Positions 30,801 through 54,699 of a DNA stretch of 64,000 nt are shown here, in pieces (positions within the stretch are counted from its first letter, which is position 1; each line of letters begins with the position of its first letter). The stretch lies in assembly GCF_009914755.1 (NCBI RefSeq), contig NC_060947.1, one strand, 5' to 3'. Origin of the DNA: the human T2T-CHM13v2.0 reference genome, Homo sapiens. Under the pieces are notes generated by a model. It was not told the origin of the DNA, searched no databases, and saw only the letters and a list, made by a program, of their open reading frames with translations. The position numbers and the translations under genes are program-made.

Positions 30801-33667
30801 AGATATGGGATCTTTCCGAAAGAATTCATAATAGCTGCTTTGAGGAACTTCAAATAAACTGAAGATAACACAGAGAAATAATTTAAAATTCTGTCAGATA
30901 AATTTAATGAAGAGATTGAAATAATTTAAAAGACTCAAGTATAAATTCTAGAGTTAAAAACTGCAAGCCTCATACTGAAGAATGCATCAGAGTCACTTAT
31001 TAGCAGACTAGATCAAGCAGAATAAAGAATGAGACTGAAGACAGGATATGTGATAATACACTGAGGAAACAATAAAAAGACTACAAGCAATAAAGCAACA
31101 CCAATAAGATCTACAAAATAATCTCAAAAGGTCAAATCTAAGGGGTGCTGCCTTTAAAGAGTAGGTAGACAAAGGCATAGGGGTAGAAAGTTTATTCAAA
31201 GGGGTATATCAGAGAATTTCCCAAACCTAGAGAAATATATCAACATTCAAGTATAAGAAGGTTATAAAACACCAAGCAGATTTAACCCAAAGAAGATTAC
31301 CTCAAGGCATTTAATAATCAATCCCAAATAACAAGGATAAATAAAGGATCCTAAAAGCAACACAAGAAAAAAAGAAAAAAAAGTAGATAACATACAATGG
31401 AGCTCCAATGCATCTGGCAGCAGATGTTCAGTAAAAGCTTTACAGGCCAGGCTAGAGTGGCATGACATGTTGAAAGTGCTAAAGGAAAAAAAAAATACTT
31501 TTACCTTAGAATAATATATTCAGTTAAAATATCCTCCATGCGTGAAGGAGAAATAAAGACTTTCCCAAACAAAAGCTGAGGAATTTCATCAACATGAGAC
31601 CTATCTTACAATAAATGTTAAAGAGAGTCATTCAGTCTGGAAGTAAAGCATTTTAATGAGCAACAAGAAATCATCTTAAGATGCAAAAGTCACTGGTAAT
31701 AGAAAGCACCCAGAAAAACACAGGCTAATATAACACTGTATTTGTGGTGAGTAAACTACACTTATAAGTAGAAAGACTAAATCAAAAATAATAACTACAA
31801 CATTTCAATACATAGAAAGTACAAGAAGACATAAAGAGAAACAATAAAAAGATAAAAAAATGTAAGATGCAATGAAAGTGTGGAGTTTTTATTTGTTTTC
31901 CTTGTGTGTGTTTGTTTATGCAATCAGTGTTAAGTTGTCATCATTTACAATAATGGGTTATAAGACAGCATTAGAAAGCCTCATGGTAACTTCAAATAAA
32001 AAACATACAACAGATACACCAAAAACTAAGATGCAAGAAATTCAATCATATAACTAGAGAAAATCTCCTTCACTGTAAAAAAGATAGGAAAGAAGAAAGG
32101 GAAGAGAAGACCACAAAACAACCAGAAAACAAATAAGAAATGGGCAGGAGTAATTTCCTACTTATCAATAATAACACTGAATGTAAATAAACTAAACTCT
32201 AATTAAAATACATACAGTGGCTGAAAGGATTTAAAAAAAATACAAGACCCAATGATCCATTGCCTACAAGAAATACACCACCTATTAAGATACATATAGA
32301 CTAAAAATAAGGATATGAAAAAAGATATTCCATGACAATGGAAACTTAAGCAGAGCAGAAGAAGCTATACTTATATCAGACAGAAAAAATTTCCATAAAA
32401 ACCTATAAGAAACAAAGGTCATTATGTGATAAAGGAATCAATTCATCGACAGGATACAACAATTGTAAATATATATGCACCAAACTCTGGAATACCAGAT
32501 ATATAAAGCAAATATTATTAAACAGAGAGAGATAGATTTCAATACAATAATAGCTGGAGAGTTCAACATCGCATTTTCAGCATTGGACAGATCCTCTAGA
32601 CAAAAAAAATCAACAAAGAAATATCTAACTTAATCTGCACTATAGAACAAATAGACCTAAAAGATATTTATAGAACATTTCATTGAAGGCCTGCACAACC
32701 CACATTCTTCTCCTTAGCACATAAATTATTCTCAAGGATAGACCATACATTAGGTCACAAAACAAGTCTTAAAACATTCAAAAAAGTGAAATATCAAGAA
32801 TCTTCTCTGACCACAATGAAATAAAACTAGAAATCAATAACAAGAAGAATTTTGCAAATTATACAAATACATTGCAATTAAACAAGATTCTCATGAATGA
32901 CCTTTGTGTCGATGAACAAATTAAGAAGAAAATTTAAAAATTTCTTGAAACAAATGATAAAGAAAACACAACATACCAAATACTATGGAACACAGTGAAA
33001 GCATTACTTAGAGGAAAATATAGCTATAAGTGCCTATATTAAAATGAAGCAAAACTTCAAATAAGTAACTTAATAATACATCTTAAAGAACTAGAAAAGC
33101 AACAGCAAACAAAACCCGAAATTAGTAGAAACACATAAATAATAAAGATCAGAGAAGAAAGAAATAAAATTGAAAAGAAAAATGATACAAAAATAAATAA
33201 TATGAAAAGTTAGTTTTTTTAAAAGATAAATCAAATGGACAAACTGTTAGCCAGGCTAACTAAGAAAAAAAAGAGGAAATCAAAATAAATATAAGCAGAG
33301 ATTTAAAAATTCAAAGAATTGATAGTGGCTACTATAAACAACTATATGCCAATAAATTGGAAAATCCAGAAGAAACGGATAAATTTCTAGACACATACAA
33401 CCTACCAAGATTGAGCCATGAATAAATCCAAAACCAGAACAGAAAAATGACAAGTAATAAAATGGAAGCCACAGTAAAAAGTCTCCCAATAAAGCAAAAC
33501 CCAGGACTTGATGGCTTCACTGCCAAATTCTACAAAACATAAAGAACTAATACAAATACTACCAAAACTAATCTGAAAAATAGAGGAGGAAGAAATACTT
33601 TCCAACTCCTTTTATGAGGGTAGTTTTATTCTGATACCAAAACCAGACAAAGACATATCAAAAAGAA

Positions 33668-33987
<320 letters not shown>

Positions 33988-34589
33988 CCTACGGGCCAAT
34001 ATCCCTAATGAATATTGATGCAAAAATGCTCAAGAAAATACTAGCAAAACAAATTCAATAATACATTAAAAAATCATTTAACATGACCAAGTCAGATTTA
34101 TCCCAGGGATGCAAGGATTTGTCAATATACACAAATCAATCATTGTAATACATCATATCAACAAAAGGAAATGCAAAATCCATATGATCATCTCAATTTA
34201 TTTTGAAAAAGCATTTGATAAAGTTCAACACTTCTTCATGTTAACCACTATTAAAAAACTGGGTATAAAAGAAACATACCTAAACATAATAAGAGCCATG
34301 TATGACAGACCCACAGCTAGTATTATACTGAATGGAGAAGAACTGAAAGTCTTTCCTCTAAAATCTGAAACATGACAAGGATGCCCACTTTCACCACTGT
34401 TATTAAACACAGTACTAGAAGCCCTCACTAAAGCAATCAGAAAGAAATAAAGGGCATCTAAATTGAAAAGAAAGACTTCTTATTATTCTTACTTGCAGAT
34501 GATATAATCTTACATTTGGAAAAATCAAAAAGAGCTCAAACAACTCCTTAAGAATAAATTGAACAATCTGATTTAAAAATAGGCTAAAC

Positions 34590-36921
<2,332 letters not shown>

Positions 36922-38212
36922 AAAAATAGGCAAAACGTTTCTCGAAAGATAACATGCTATCTTGACAAAATGAGAAATAAGCATTTCTCAAAAGAAGAAA
37001 TGCAAATGGCAAACAGGCATATGAAAAGATGCTCAATATTATTGATCATCAGAGAAATGCAAATCAAAACTCCAATGAGATATCTCACTCCAGTTAAAAT
37101 GGCTTTTATCCAGAAGCCAGGCAATAACAAATTCTGATGAGGATTTGGAGAAAAGGGAATCTTTATACACTTTTTGTGGACATGTAAATTAATACAGTCA
37201 CTATGGAGAACACTTTGAAGGTTTCTCGAAAAACTGTAACTAGACCCACCATACGTCCAGATATCCCACTGCTGGGTATATACCCGAAAGAAGATAAATC
37301 AACATATCAAAGGGATATCTGCACAACCAGGTTTGTTCCAGAGCTGTTCACAATGGCCAAGATTTGGAAGCAGACAAACTGTCCATCGACAGATGAAATG
37401 ATTTTTTAAATGTGCTACATATACACAATGGAGTACTATTCAGCCACAAAAAAGAATGAGATTTTGTCATTTTTAATAACATGGATGGAAGTGGAGGCCA
37501 TTATATTAAGTGAAATAAGCCAGGAACAGAAAGACACTTCTCATGCTCTCACTTATTTGTGGGAGCTAAAAATTAAAACAATTGAAATGGAGAGAGAGTA
37601 TGGAACAATGGTTCCCAGGGGCTGGGAATCATAGTGGGTGTATTTGAGGCAGGTAGTGAGGCTTGGTAATGGATACAAAAAAATAGCTAGAAAGAATGAA
37701 TAAGATCTATTATTTGTTAGCAGAACAGGATGGCTACAGTAAAAATAATTTAATTGTATATTTTAAAATAACTAAAAGAGTATAATTGGATTATTTGTAG
37801 CATAAAGGATAAATGCTTCAAGGCATGGATATCCCATTTATCCTAATGTGATTATCTTGCATTGCATGCCTGTATCAAAGTATCTTATGTATCCCCTAAA
37901 TATACACACCTACTATATACCAACAAAAATTAAAAATATAAGAACTAACTATATGTTGCCTACAAGAGATGTATTTATGCTTTAAGGACACACATAGGCT
38001 GAATATGAAAGATAAAAGAAGATATTCCATGCAAATCATAACCAAAAGATTACAAAGGTGGCTATACTTATGACTAGTAAAATAGGCTTCAAGTCATAAA
38101 CTATTGCAAGATATATGTATATAAATCTTCTTAATGAATTGACATCTTTATCATTAAATACTGACATTCTATATCAGTATATATATTTTTTTTTTAAAAA
38201 AAAGATAAAAAT

Positions 38213-41200
38213 GGGGTAGGGGCCAAGATGGACAATTAGAAGCAGCTGTGTTCTTCAGCTCTCATTAAGAGGAATGGAAATAGAGAGTGAATTCAGCGCC
38301 TTCAGTTGAAATATTCATGTTCTCACACTGGGACTGATTAGGCAGACAATTGGACCCACGGAGAATGAAGGAAAGAAGGGTGGGGCAACAACCGACCCTG
38401 AGCAAAAGGAACCAAACTGGAGGAATCACATTATGTGACTTCAAATTATACTACAGAGCTATAGTAATCAAAACCACATGATACTGGCATAAGAACAGAC
38501 ACATAGACCAAAGGAACAGAATACACAACCCAGAAGTGACATGAAGCCAAAAGAACCCCCACCCCTTGCTAAGGGAAGCAGTGAGTGATTGCATGACCCC
38601 ACCTAAGAAACCATGCTTCTCCCATGGATCTTTGCAACCCATGGATCAGGAGATCCCTCATAAGCCCACACCACCAGGGCCTTGGGTTTGACACACATAG
38701 CTGTTTGGAGTCTCAGCAGAGCTGTTGCTCAGGCTCACACAAAGATCCAGGAGTTTTACAGACTCTGGCCCCAGGAATCCTGGCAAGGTGGGAGATCCAT
38801 CTGTACATTCCTCTAGAAAGAGGACTGAAACCAGAGAGCTAAGCAGCATCATTCTGTAGGTCCCACTTCCATGGCACCTCACAAGTTAAAACCCACTGCC
38901 TTGGAATTCCAGCCAACCAGTGCAACCAGCTGGAGACTGCCTGAGATGAATGAGTTCCTGTGGGGAGGGGCAGCCACCATTTCTGCAGTTAGGTTGACTC
39001 AGACATTCTAGCCTGCTGGCTCTGGGAGATCCAGGTGTTCCTGATGAGAAGGAGCACCCCACAACATAGCACAGCTGCTGTACCAGATTGTGGCCAGATT
39101 GCTTAAGTGGGACCCTGATCCATCCCTCCTCACTGGGTGGGGCCTCCCAATGGGAATTTCAGCAACTCCAGCCAGGGTTATACAGACAGATTTCTGATCT
39201 TTCCTTCAGGCAGAGCCCCCAGGGGAAGGGGTGGCCACAGTCTCTGCAGTTTAATCCACTCAGCCATTTTAGCCTGCTGGCTCTGGAAAGTCTAGGTGGC
39301 CTGGACAAGGAGGAGCCCCCACAACACAGCGTACCTGCTGTGTTAGGTTGTGGTCAGACTTATTCTTTAAGTGGGACCCCGATCCATCCCTCCTCATTGG
39401 GCAGGGGTTCCCAGTGGGAATTTCAGCAACTCCAGCCAGGGTTATATGGAAAGAACTCTGATCTCTCCCTTGGATGAAGACCAGAGGGAAGGGGTGGCCA
39501 ATGTCTCTGTAGTTTAGTTAACTCAGCCATTCTAGCCTGCTGACTCTGGAGAGCCTAGGTACTCTGGATAAGGAAGGGTCCCCCCAATGCAGCACACTTT
39601 CTCAATCAAAAAGTAGCCAAGCTTCTTTTTAAAGCAGGTCCTTGATTCTTTTCCTCCTGACTGGATGAGAACTCTCAAACAGAGGTCTCCAGACACTTCC
39701 TACCGGAGTCTCCAGGCTAGCATCGGGTCAGTACCCACATGGGATGGAGCTTCCAGAGGAGGAAGAAGGCTGCCATCTGTGCTTTTACACAGCAAGCACT
39801 GGTGATACCTCCAGGTAAAGAAAAATCTGAGGCAACTAGGGTCTGGAGCAATCCCCCAGCAAACCACAGCAGCTTTACATAAGAGTGACCTGACTGTTAA
39901 AAGACAAACAAACAAACAAACAAACAAAAATCAACAACAATAACATAAAAAAAAACCCACAAGACCCCATTCACAGGTCAGCAACTTCAAAAATTGAAGG
40001 TAGATAATAAGATCATGAGGATAAGAAAGAATCAACACAAAAATACTGAAAACTCAAAAAGCCAGAGTGCCTCTTTTCCTCTAAATGATTGCAACACCTC
40101 TCCAGGAAGGACACAGAAGTTGGCTGAGGCTGAGATGGATGAACTGACAGAAGTAGGCTTCAGAAGGTGGGTAATAAAAAAATTCACTGAGCTAAAGGAG
40201 TATGTTCTAACCTCAAACCAAAAAGAGCTTGTATAGCCAAGACAATCCTAAGCAAAAAGAACAAAGCTGGAGGCATCACACTACCCGACTTCAAACTTTA
40301 CTATAAGGCTACAGTAACCAAAATAGCATGGTACAGGTACAAAAACAGACACAAAGAACAATGGAACAGAACAGAAAACTCAGAAATAAGACTACACATC
40401 TACAACCATCTGGTCTTTGCCAAACCTGACAAAACAAGCAATGGGGAAAAGATTCCCTATTTAATAAATGGTACTGGAAGATCTGGCTAGCCATATGCAG
40501 AAAATTGAAACTGGATCCCTTCCTTACACCTTATACTAAAATTAATTCAACATACATTAAAGACTCAAAAACCCAAAACTCTAGAAACCATAGAAGAAAA
40601 TCTAGGCAATACCATTCAGGACTTATGTATGGGCAAAGATTTCATGACAAAAACATCAAAAGCAATAGCAACAAAACCAAAAATAGACAAAATTGGATCT
40701 AATTAAACTAAAGAGTTTCTGCACAACAAAAGAAAATATCTTCAGAGTGAAGGACATACAGAATGGGAGAAAATTTTTGCAATCTATCAATCTGTCAAAG
40801 GTCTAATATCCAGAATCTACAAGGAACTTAAACAAATTTATAACAAACAAACAACCCCATTAAATAGTGGGCAAAGGACATGAACAGACACTTCTCAAAA
40901 GAAGATATTATACATTTATGAAAAAAAGTTCAACGTGACTGATCATTAGAGAAATGCAAATTGAAACCAGAATAAGAACCATCTCACACCAGCCAGAATG
41001 GCTATCATCAAAAAGTCAAGAAACAACAGATGCTGGTGGGTCGTTGGAAAAATGAGAACGTTTCTACACTCTTTGTGGGACTGTAAATTAGTTCAACTAT
41101 TGTGGAAGACAGTGTGGCATTTCTTCAAAGACCTAGAACCAGAAATACCATTTGACCCATTAATCCCATTACTAGGTATATACTCAAAGGAATATAAATT

Positions 41201-41700
41201 ATTCTATTATAAATATACATGTATGACTATGTTTATTGCAGCACTATTCACAATAGCAAGACATGGAATCAACCCAAATGCTCATCAATGGTAGAGTAGA
41301 TGCAGGAAATGTGGTACATATACATCATGGAATACTATGCAGCCATAAAAAGGAACGCGATCATGTCCTTTGCAGGGACATGGATGAGACTGGAAGCCAT
41401 TATCCTAAACAAACTAATGCAGGAAATGAAAACCAAATCCCACATGTTCTCGCTTATAAGTAGGAGCTGAACAATTAGAACATATGGACACATGGGAAGG
41501 AACAACCCACACTGGGATCTGCTAGGGGGATTGGGTGGAGGGAGAACATCAGGAAGAATAGCTAATGGATGTTGGGCTTAATACCCAGGTGATGAGTTTA
41601 TCTGTGCAGCAAACCACCATGGCACACGTTTGCCTATATAACAAACCTGAACATCCTGCACATGTACCATGAAGCTTAAAATAAAGGTTGAAGGAATAAA
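38213..41700 (+). mobile_element. L1PA12-14-like element: 5' UTR plus start of ORF1 joined directly to late ORF2 and 3' UTR (multi-kb internal deletion at about 40212)
   Basis: ggccaagatgg start. ORF1 ...ELKEYVLT jumps to aaccaaaaagagc (ORF2 WNQK region). L1PA-type 3' end. Confidence 0.75.
38950..39660 (+). repeat. ~264-bp tandem repeat (about 2.5 copies) within the L1 5' UTR
   Basis: ggaatttcagcaactccagccagggttata occurs at both 39153 and 39417. Confidence 0.75.
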
Positions 41701-44700
41701 AAGGAAAATCTATCCAAAATAAATAAATTAATTAACAAAATTGATAAACAGATAGTATAATAAAAATAGTTGGAAGATTCAAAATTTAAAATGAAAATAG
41801 AAATTATAACAAATGCCTCAGAAACAAAAAGGATCATAAGGTAGTCGTAAGAATAATTTTATACCAATAAGTTGAGTAACCTAGAGGAAATGTATAAATT
41901 CCTAGAAGAATACAACCTACCAATATTGACTCAGAAATATAAAGCTTGATTCGATCAATAACAAATAAAGTTATTAAGGAAGTAACAAAAAATCTCCCAA
42001 CAAAGAAAAGCCTAGGATCAGATGGCTTCAGAGCTGAATTCTATCAAACATTCAAAGAAGAATTAATACCAACACTTCTTTAACTCTTCCAAAAAATAAA
42101 GCTAGAGTGAATACTTACAAACACATTTTATGAGGCCAGCATCACCTTGATACCTATGGCAGAAAAAGACATCACAAGAAAAAAACCTACAACCTGATAA
42201 ATATTGATGCAAAAATTCTCAATTAGATATTAGTAATCCAGATACAACAATATGTCAAAAAGATTGTACATCATGACCAAGTGGGATTTACCTGTGGCAT
42301 GTGGGTCTGTTCAACATATGCAAATCAATCAATGTGATACACCACATTAAAAGAGTGAAAGATAAAAACCATATCATCATCCCAATCGAGGCACAAAAGC
42401 AGTTGACAAATTCCTAAATACTTTCTTGTTAAAATCTCTTAACAGTTTAGGTATAGAAGGAACTTCCTCAACATAATAAAAGCCATTTATGAAAAACTCA
42501 CAGCTAACATTATAATCAATGGGGAAAAACTAAAACCTTTTCCAGTAAGATTGAGTACAAGGCAAGGAAGCCCACTATCACAGTTCTATTCAATGTAATA
42601 CTGGAAGTACTAGCAAGAACCGTCAGACAAGAAAAAGAAATAAATGGCCTCTAAATCCAAAAGGAAGTAAAATAATCTCTATTGCAGATGAGATGATCCT
42701 ACGTGTAAAATCTCCAAAGATTTTACAAAAAAAATTGTTAAAACGAATAAATTTAGTAAAGTTGCAGAATATAAAATCAACATAAAAAATTTAGTAGAAT
42801 GTTTATACTTAAATAATCTTAAAAAAGAAAACAATCTTATTACACATAGGATTTTGAAAACACCTAGGAATAAATTTAACCAAGGAAGTGAAATATCTGT
42901 ATACTAAAAACTGTAAAACACAGATGAAAGAAATTGAAGAAGACATAAACAAATGGAAAGATATGGAAGACATAAACAAATGCTCATGGGTTGGAAGAAT
43001 AAATTTTCATACTACCCAAAGCAATGTACAGATTCAATGGAATTTGTATCAAAATCCCAGTGGCATTCTTCAAGAAATTTTTTAAAAGCCTAAAATTTGT
43101 GTGAAACCATAAAAGACCCAAATAGCCAAAAGAATTCTGTGAAAGAAGAATAAAGTTGGAGACATCAAACTTCCTGATTTAAAATTGTATTACAAAGCTA
43201 TAGTAACCAAAACAGTATGGTACTGGCATTAAAACCAGGTACATAGTGGAACATAATACAGAAGACATAAATACAAAAATTTATGGTAACTTAATTTTTG
43301 ACAAGGGCATCAAGAGTACACAATGAAGAAAAAATACTCTCTTCAATAAACGGTGCTTGGAAAACTGGATTTCCACATGCAAAATAATAAAAATTTTACC
43401 TCTGTCTTACATCATACACAAACTCAACTCAAACAGGATAAAAGACTCATATAGGACAAGAACCTATAAAACTCCTAGAAGGGAAAATAGAGGAAAATCT
43501 CCTGGACTTTGGCTTTGACAATATTTTTTTAAAATATCACTGCAAAAGTTCAGACCACAAAAGCAAAAATAAGTGGGACTAAATCACACACAAAAAACCT
43601 TCTTCACATCAAGGAAACAATTAACAAAATGAAATGGCAGCCTATAGATGGAAACAAAATTATTTGCAAGCCATATATTTGATAAGGAGTTAACAACAAA
43701 AAATTATAAAGAACTTATACAACTCAGTAGTGGGAAAACAAATAACCCAATTTAAAAATGGCCAAAGACATGATTGATATTTCTCTAAAGAAAATACAAA
43801 ATTGGCTAACAGGTGTATGAAAAGGTGCTCAATATAATTATTCATCAGGGAAATGGAAATCAAAATCACTGTGAGATAACACCTCACACCCATTAGGATG
43901 ACTATTATCAGGAAGTCAAAAGATAAATGTTAACGAGGAGTTGGAGAAAAGAGAACTCTTATACACTGTTGGTAGGAATGTAGACTGATACAGCCATTAC
44001 GGAAAACAATATGAAGGTTTCCAAAGAAATCTTAAAAATAGTTGTAGCATGTGACCCACCAATCCCTCTTCTAGGCACATATACCCAAAGGAAGTGAAAT
44101 AACCACCTCATAAAGTTATCTGCACCTCCTTGTTCATTGTAGTATTATTCATGGTAGTCAAGGTAAGGAAGCAAATAAGTGTTAATTGATGGAAAAATGA
44201 ATAAAGAAACAGTGTCTGGTACATATACACAATGGAATATTGTTCATCCATTAAAAAAAGAACAAGATTTTCCATTTGCCAGAACATGGATGAGTCTGAA
44301 GGATGTTATGCTAAGTGAAGTAAGCCAAATACAGAAAGAAAAAAATACTGCATGATCTCATTTATATGTGGAATATTTAAAAATTCGAATATAGAAATAG
44401 AGAGCAAAAAAATATGTTACATGATACAAAGTAGAAAATATGTAGGATGAACAAATCCAGAGATCTAATGTACAACTTGAGGATTATAAGAAATAAAATT
44501 GTACCATATATGGGATTCATGATAAATGAGTAGATTTTAGTTGCTCTAGCCACAATAACAAAAAAATGGGTAACTATGTGAGATGGTAGATATATTAGTC
44601 TGCTTCACTATAGTAACTTTTTTGCCATCTATATTATTTATTCCAAACATCATGTTGTACACTTTAAATATGTACAATAAAATTTATTTAAACAATAAAA

Positions 44701-45629
44701 TGAAAACAAATAAAATTATAGCAGCAGCAGCAGCAAAAAGAGTGGCAATAGTAGTAGCAGCAGCAGTACCCATATATTGGGTATGATCATTTAGCCAATC
44801 TCTATTTGTCCGTTTTGACCAAGAGACATTCAAAAAAGATGTGGTAATTTGCCTACCATAGGCCAGATAATCACATATTTCATTTCCCCCAATTTATTAG
44901 GCTAGTTACAATAAAGACAATGCAGCTGATTCATCTGACAAGTAATTTGTTTTCAAGGTAAGCCTATGATAGCTGTACTGATTACTGCTTCCTTTTCTAC
45001 ATTCCCACACATTATTCTTCCCATGATCTGTTCCAGAATCTTGCCTAAAAACAAAGTTAAGCTGTTTGGTCTCTGGTTTTCAATATCTGTTACCTTCCTT
45101 TTTTTTTTTTTTTTTGGAGAAATGAGGCATTTTTCTATCTCCTGCTCTTTGGAATTATTCCTACTTTCCAGGATTATTGGCTAATGGTTAAACTTGGAAT
45201 GAAACCCAGCATGGCAACAAAGATTTTGGAAACTTCAATGAGGTGCTCTGAGACATACCTAGGTTGGTTTGCCTGGGGATGGAAGAAATCTTGTTTAGGA
45301 TGCCTCTTTTTATCTCAGTTACCTGGAGTAGAGTGTCTGAGCTGTGACAAATTTAGGGATCCCAGGGAGTGGTATAGCTACTCAGAAAAGCTGAGCCACC
45401 TGATTCTCTAGGGCAGTCTAAAGACTTACAGAAGAGATAACTCACTGGGTAACCTTGGGCAAATCTCATTTGCCTCTTTGGATTTTTATTTCCCACCTGC
45501 AAGATGAGAGAATGGGCCAAGAAGATGGTGAAGATCCCTTTCAGTTCTGAGACTGGCTGTCTCATTGTGAAGGCTGTAGGACTCCAGTAGGGCTCGAGGG
45601 TGGAGAGATACTTATGAAAGAGGTAAAAG

Positions 45630-45925
45630 GGACTGGGCACAGTGGCTCACTCCCATAATCCCAGCACTTTGGGAGGCCGAGGCAGGAGGATCACTTGAGG
45701 TCAGGAGTTCAAGATCAGCCTGGCCAACATGATAAAACCCCATCTCTACTAAAAATACAAAAATCAGCTGGGCATGGTGTCATGTGCCTGTAGTCCCAGT
45801 TACTTGAGGGGTTGAGGAAGGTGGATCACCTGAGCCCGGGAGGCAGAAGTTGCAGTGAGCCGAGATCCCACCAATGCACTAAAGTCTGGGTGATACAGCA
45901 AGACTCTGTCTCACAAATTTTTAAA
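45630..45925 (+). mobile_element. Alu (AluS/J boundary type)
   Basis: Full dimer. TSD approximately aggtaaaag on both sides. Confidence 0.88.
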
Positions 45926-46699
45926 AAAGGTAAAAGGTAAAAGGTACTGATCCTTTCATTTCCCCGGGGCATGGGAAACTTGCCTATTTCCACTCCCTCC
46001 CCACAACACCAATGTATTCTTGACCCAAAAATAGATATAAAATAAACACACAAAAATAAGGCCTAAGCGTCCAAAGGAATGCAGGCTGGCAGGAGTCTGC
46101 AAGGCTATAATCTCTGGGCTGTTTCCATTGCTTGGCTCCCAGGAGCCTAGAACAGCAAGTCTCTCAGGAGAGGAGAGAGACAAGGCTGTCTAAGTCAGTA
46201 CCAATTTCTCCTTCCCTTAGAGGAGAGGGCATGACAGCCCCACTGGCAGATTGGAGGTTGGGGGCAGAGGTGTGGCAGAGAGCATAAATCCTCTGTGGGA
46301 TTTTAAATCCAGGAAAAACAATTAAAAAGCAACAGCCATTGGCTCCAGAATAGTCAAGCACTAACAAGAAAAGGGCCCTGGGTCAGTCTGATGACCCAGG
46401 ATAACAGCACTTCTGCATAGGGTGAAACAGAAACCCCAAGTCAGAATTCTGTCCTGTGGAGAGGACTTAAGCTTTCTCAGAAGCTGGGAGGAAAGGCACT
46501 GAGACATCTCGAGAGTTGACAGAGCACAGGAGAAAAGGAGAGTTTATGGAGGTGAGGGGAGAAAGTGCTTGGAAACACACCAGGACGACAAGTCAACACA
46601 GTAGGGAGAGGAAGGAAGTTTATGTGGGCTATCTTCATTCATATGATGATATACTAGGCTGTTTTTGTGAGTGCTGTTTCCCTTACTACTCACAATACT

Positions 46700-47130
46700 C
46701 CTAGAAGTCATTATTAGCCCATGCTACTGATACAGAAACTGGGGCACAAAGCTGTGAAGTGATTTGGCCAAGGTTACACAAATACTAACAAAGCTAGGAT
46801 TTAAAGCCAGGTCTTCCTGCCTTCAAAGGTCTCCTTCTACTATGTAAGCTGCCTTATATTTTTTAGGACCCCTTAAGTTCTTAAAACCACAGTCACTTGA
46901 TTATATTCTCACCATCCCAGCTCATTCACTCATTTTTAAATTCATCTGTCTATTCAGCAAGCACTTTTGCACCCCATATTACACAGTGTGAATTCTCTAG
47001 GTGCTGGGGACATAAAGAAGAGTTGTGTCTAGACCATGAGGATCTTCCAGCTCAGTGGAGGATTCTAAAGGCAAGCAACTAACTCCATTATAATGTAGTT
47101 GGTGCTATAATGGAGAAAGTGCTGGTATAG
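46700..47130. mobile_element. MIR followed by L2 fragment
   Basis: gaaactggggcaca...gtgatttggccaaggttacaca is the MIR core. tcattcactca...tctaggtgctggggac is L2. Confidence 0.55.
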
Positions 47131-48563
47131 GCTTTCCCAATAAGTTAATGGGTGAACACAGCTTTCAATTACAATATCATAAATAATAATTTCACTGCCC
47201 TAAATATACCTTGTGATCCACCTATTCATCCCTCCCTCACTTCCCTGGAAGAACCTCTAGAAACCACTGATCTTTTTACTCTATCTGTAGTTTTGCCTTT
47301 TCCAAGATGTCATACAGCTGGAATTTTACAGTATACCATATTTTCAGATTAGCTTCTTTCATTCAGTAGCGTGTAGGTAAGGTTCCTCCATGTCTTTGTG
47401 GCTTGATAGCTGATATCATTTTATTGCTGAATAATATTTCATTGTATAGATGTAGCAAAGTTTGTTGATCTCTTCACCTCTTGAAGGATATCTTGTTTGC
47501 TTATGCATAAAATTGTTACACACATTCATATCCAGGTATTTGTGTACATATACATTCGTGACTCTTTGGGGTAAATACCAAGAAGTGCAATTACTGGATT
47601 GTATGGTAAGATTATGTTTGGTTTCATAAGAAACTGCCAAACTGTCTTCAAAGCGGCTGTAACATTTTTTATTTTCACCAGCAATGAATGAGTTCCTGTT
47701 GCTACACATTCTCATCAGCATTTTGTGTTATCAGGGTTTGAGATTTTAAGCCATTCTAACAGGCGTATAGTGATATTTCACTGTTGTTGCAATTTGCAAT
47801 TCCCTGATGATATATAATGTTGAGCATCTTTTCATATGCTATCTATATTTTATTTGGTAAGATATATGTTCAGATCTATTTATCATTCTTTAAATTGAGT
47901 TTTTGTTTTTCTTATTGAGTTTTGAGTGTTCTTTGTATATTTTGGATACCAGTAATATCAGATGTGTTTTGCAAAGATTTTCCTCTGGTGTGTGGCTTGC
48001 CTTTATATTCTCTTAACAATGTCTTTAACAGCATAAATATTTAATTTTAATAAAATCCAACTTACCCATTTTTCGTGTCATGGATCATGCTTTTAGTATT
48101 TATCTAAAAATTTTTGCCAAACCCAAGATTACCTAGATTTCCTCTTATGCTATCTTCCAGGAGCTTTATAAGATACCACACTATCTTGATTATTGCTGCT
48201 TTATAGTAAGTCTTCAGGTCATGTAGTTTCACTCCTCCAACTTCGTTCTTCTCCTTCTGTACTGTGTTGGCTATTCTGGGTCTTTTGCCTTTTCACATAA
48301 ACATTAAAGCAGTTTATCAATATCCACGAAAAACTTGAAGGCATTTTAATTGGGATTGTATTGGTTCTCTAGATCAAATAGGGAAGAACTGGCATCTTGA
48401 TAATATTGAGTATCCCAATCCATGCGCTTGAAATATTTATTCACTTATTTAAATTTTTGATTTTTTTAATCAGAATTGAATAGTTTTCCTCACTTTTTGT
48501 GCATATTCGTTAGATTTATATCTATATATTTTTTGGTGCTCATGTAAATGGTGTTGTGTTTTT

Positions 48564-54699
<6,136 letters not shown>

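Noticed and set aside
38950-39660. 264-bp tandem repeat as a novel array or CRISPR-like structure
   Set aside because: No unique spacers. It is an internal repeat of an old L1 5' UTR, and related units recur at 55340-55800.
40205-40225. ORF1-to-ORF2 jump as another splicing event
   Set aside because: No GT/AG boundaries are evident. The aacc microhomology fits a deletion or template switch.
44720-44770. CAG/TAG-rich run as a coding polyQ/polyA tract
   Set aside because: Short, impure microsatellite next to an L1 tail with no exon context.
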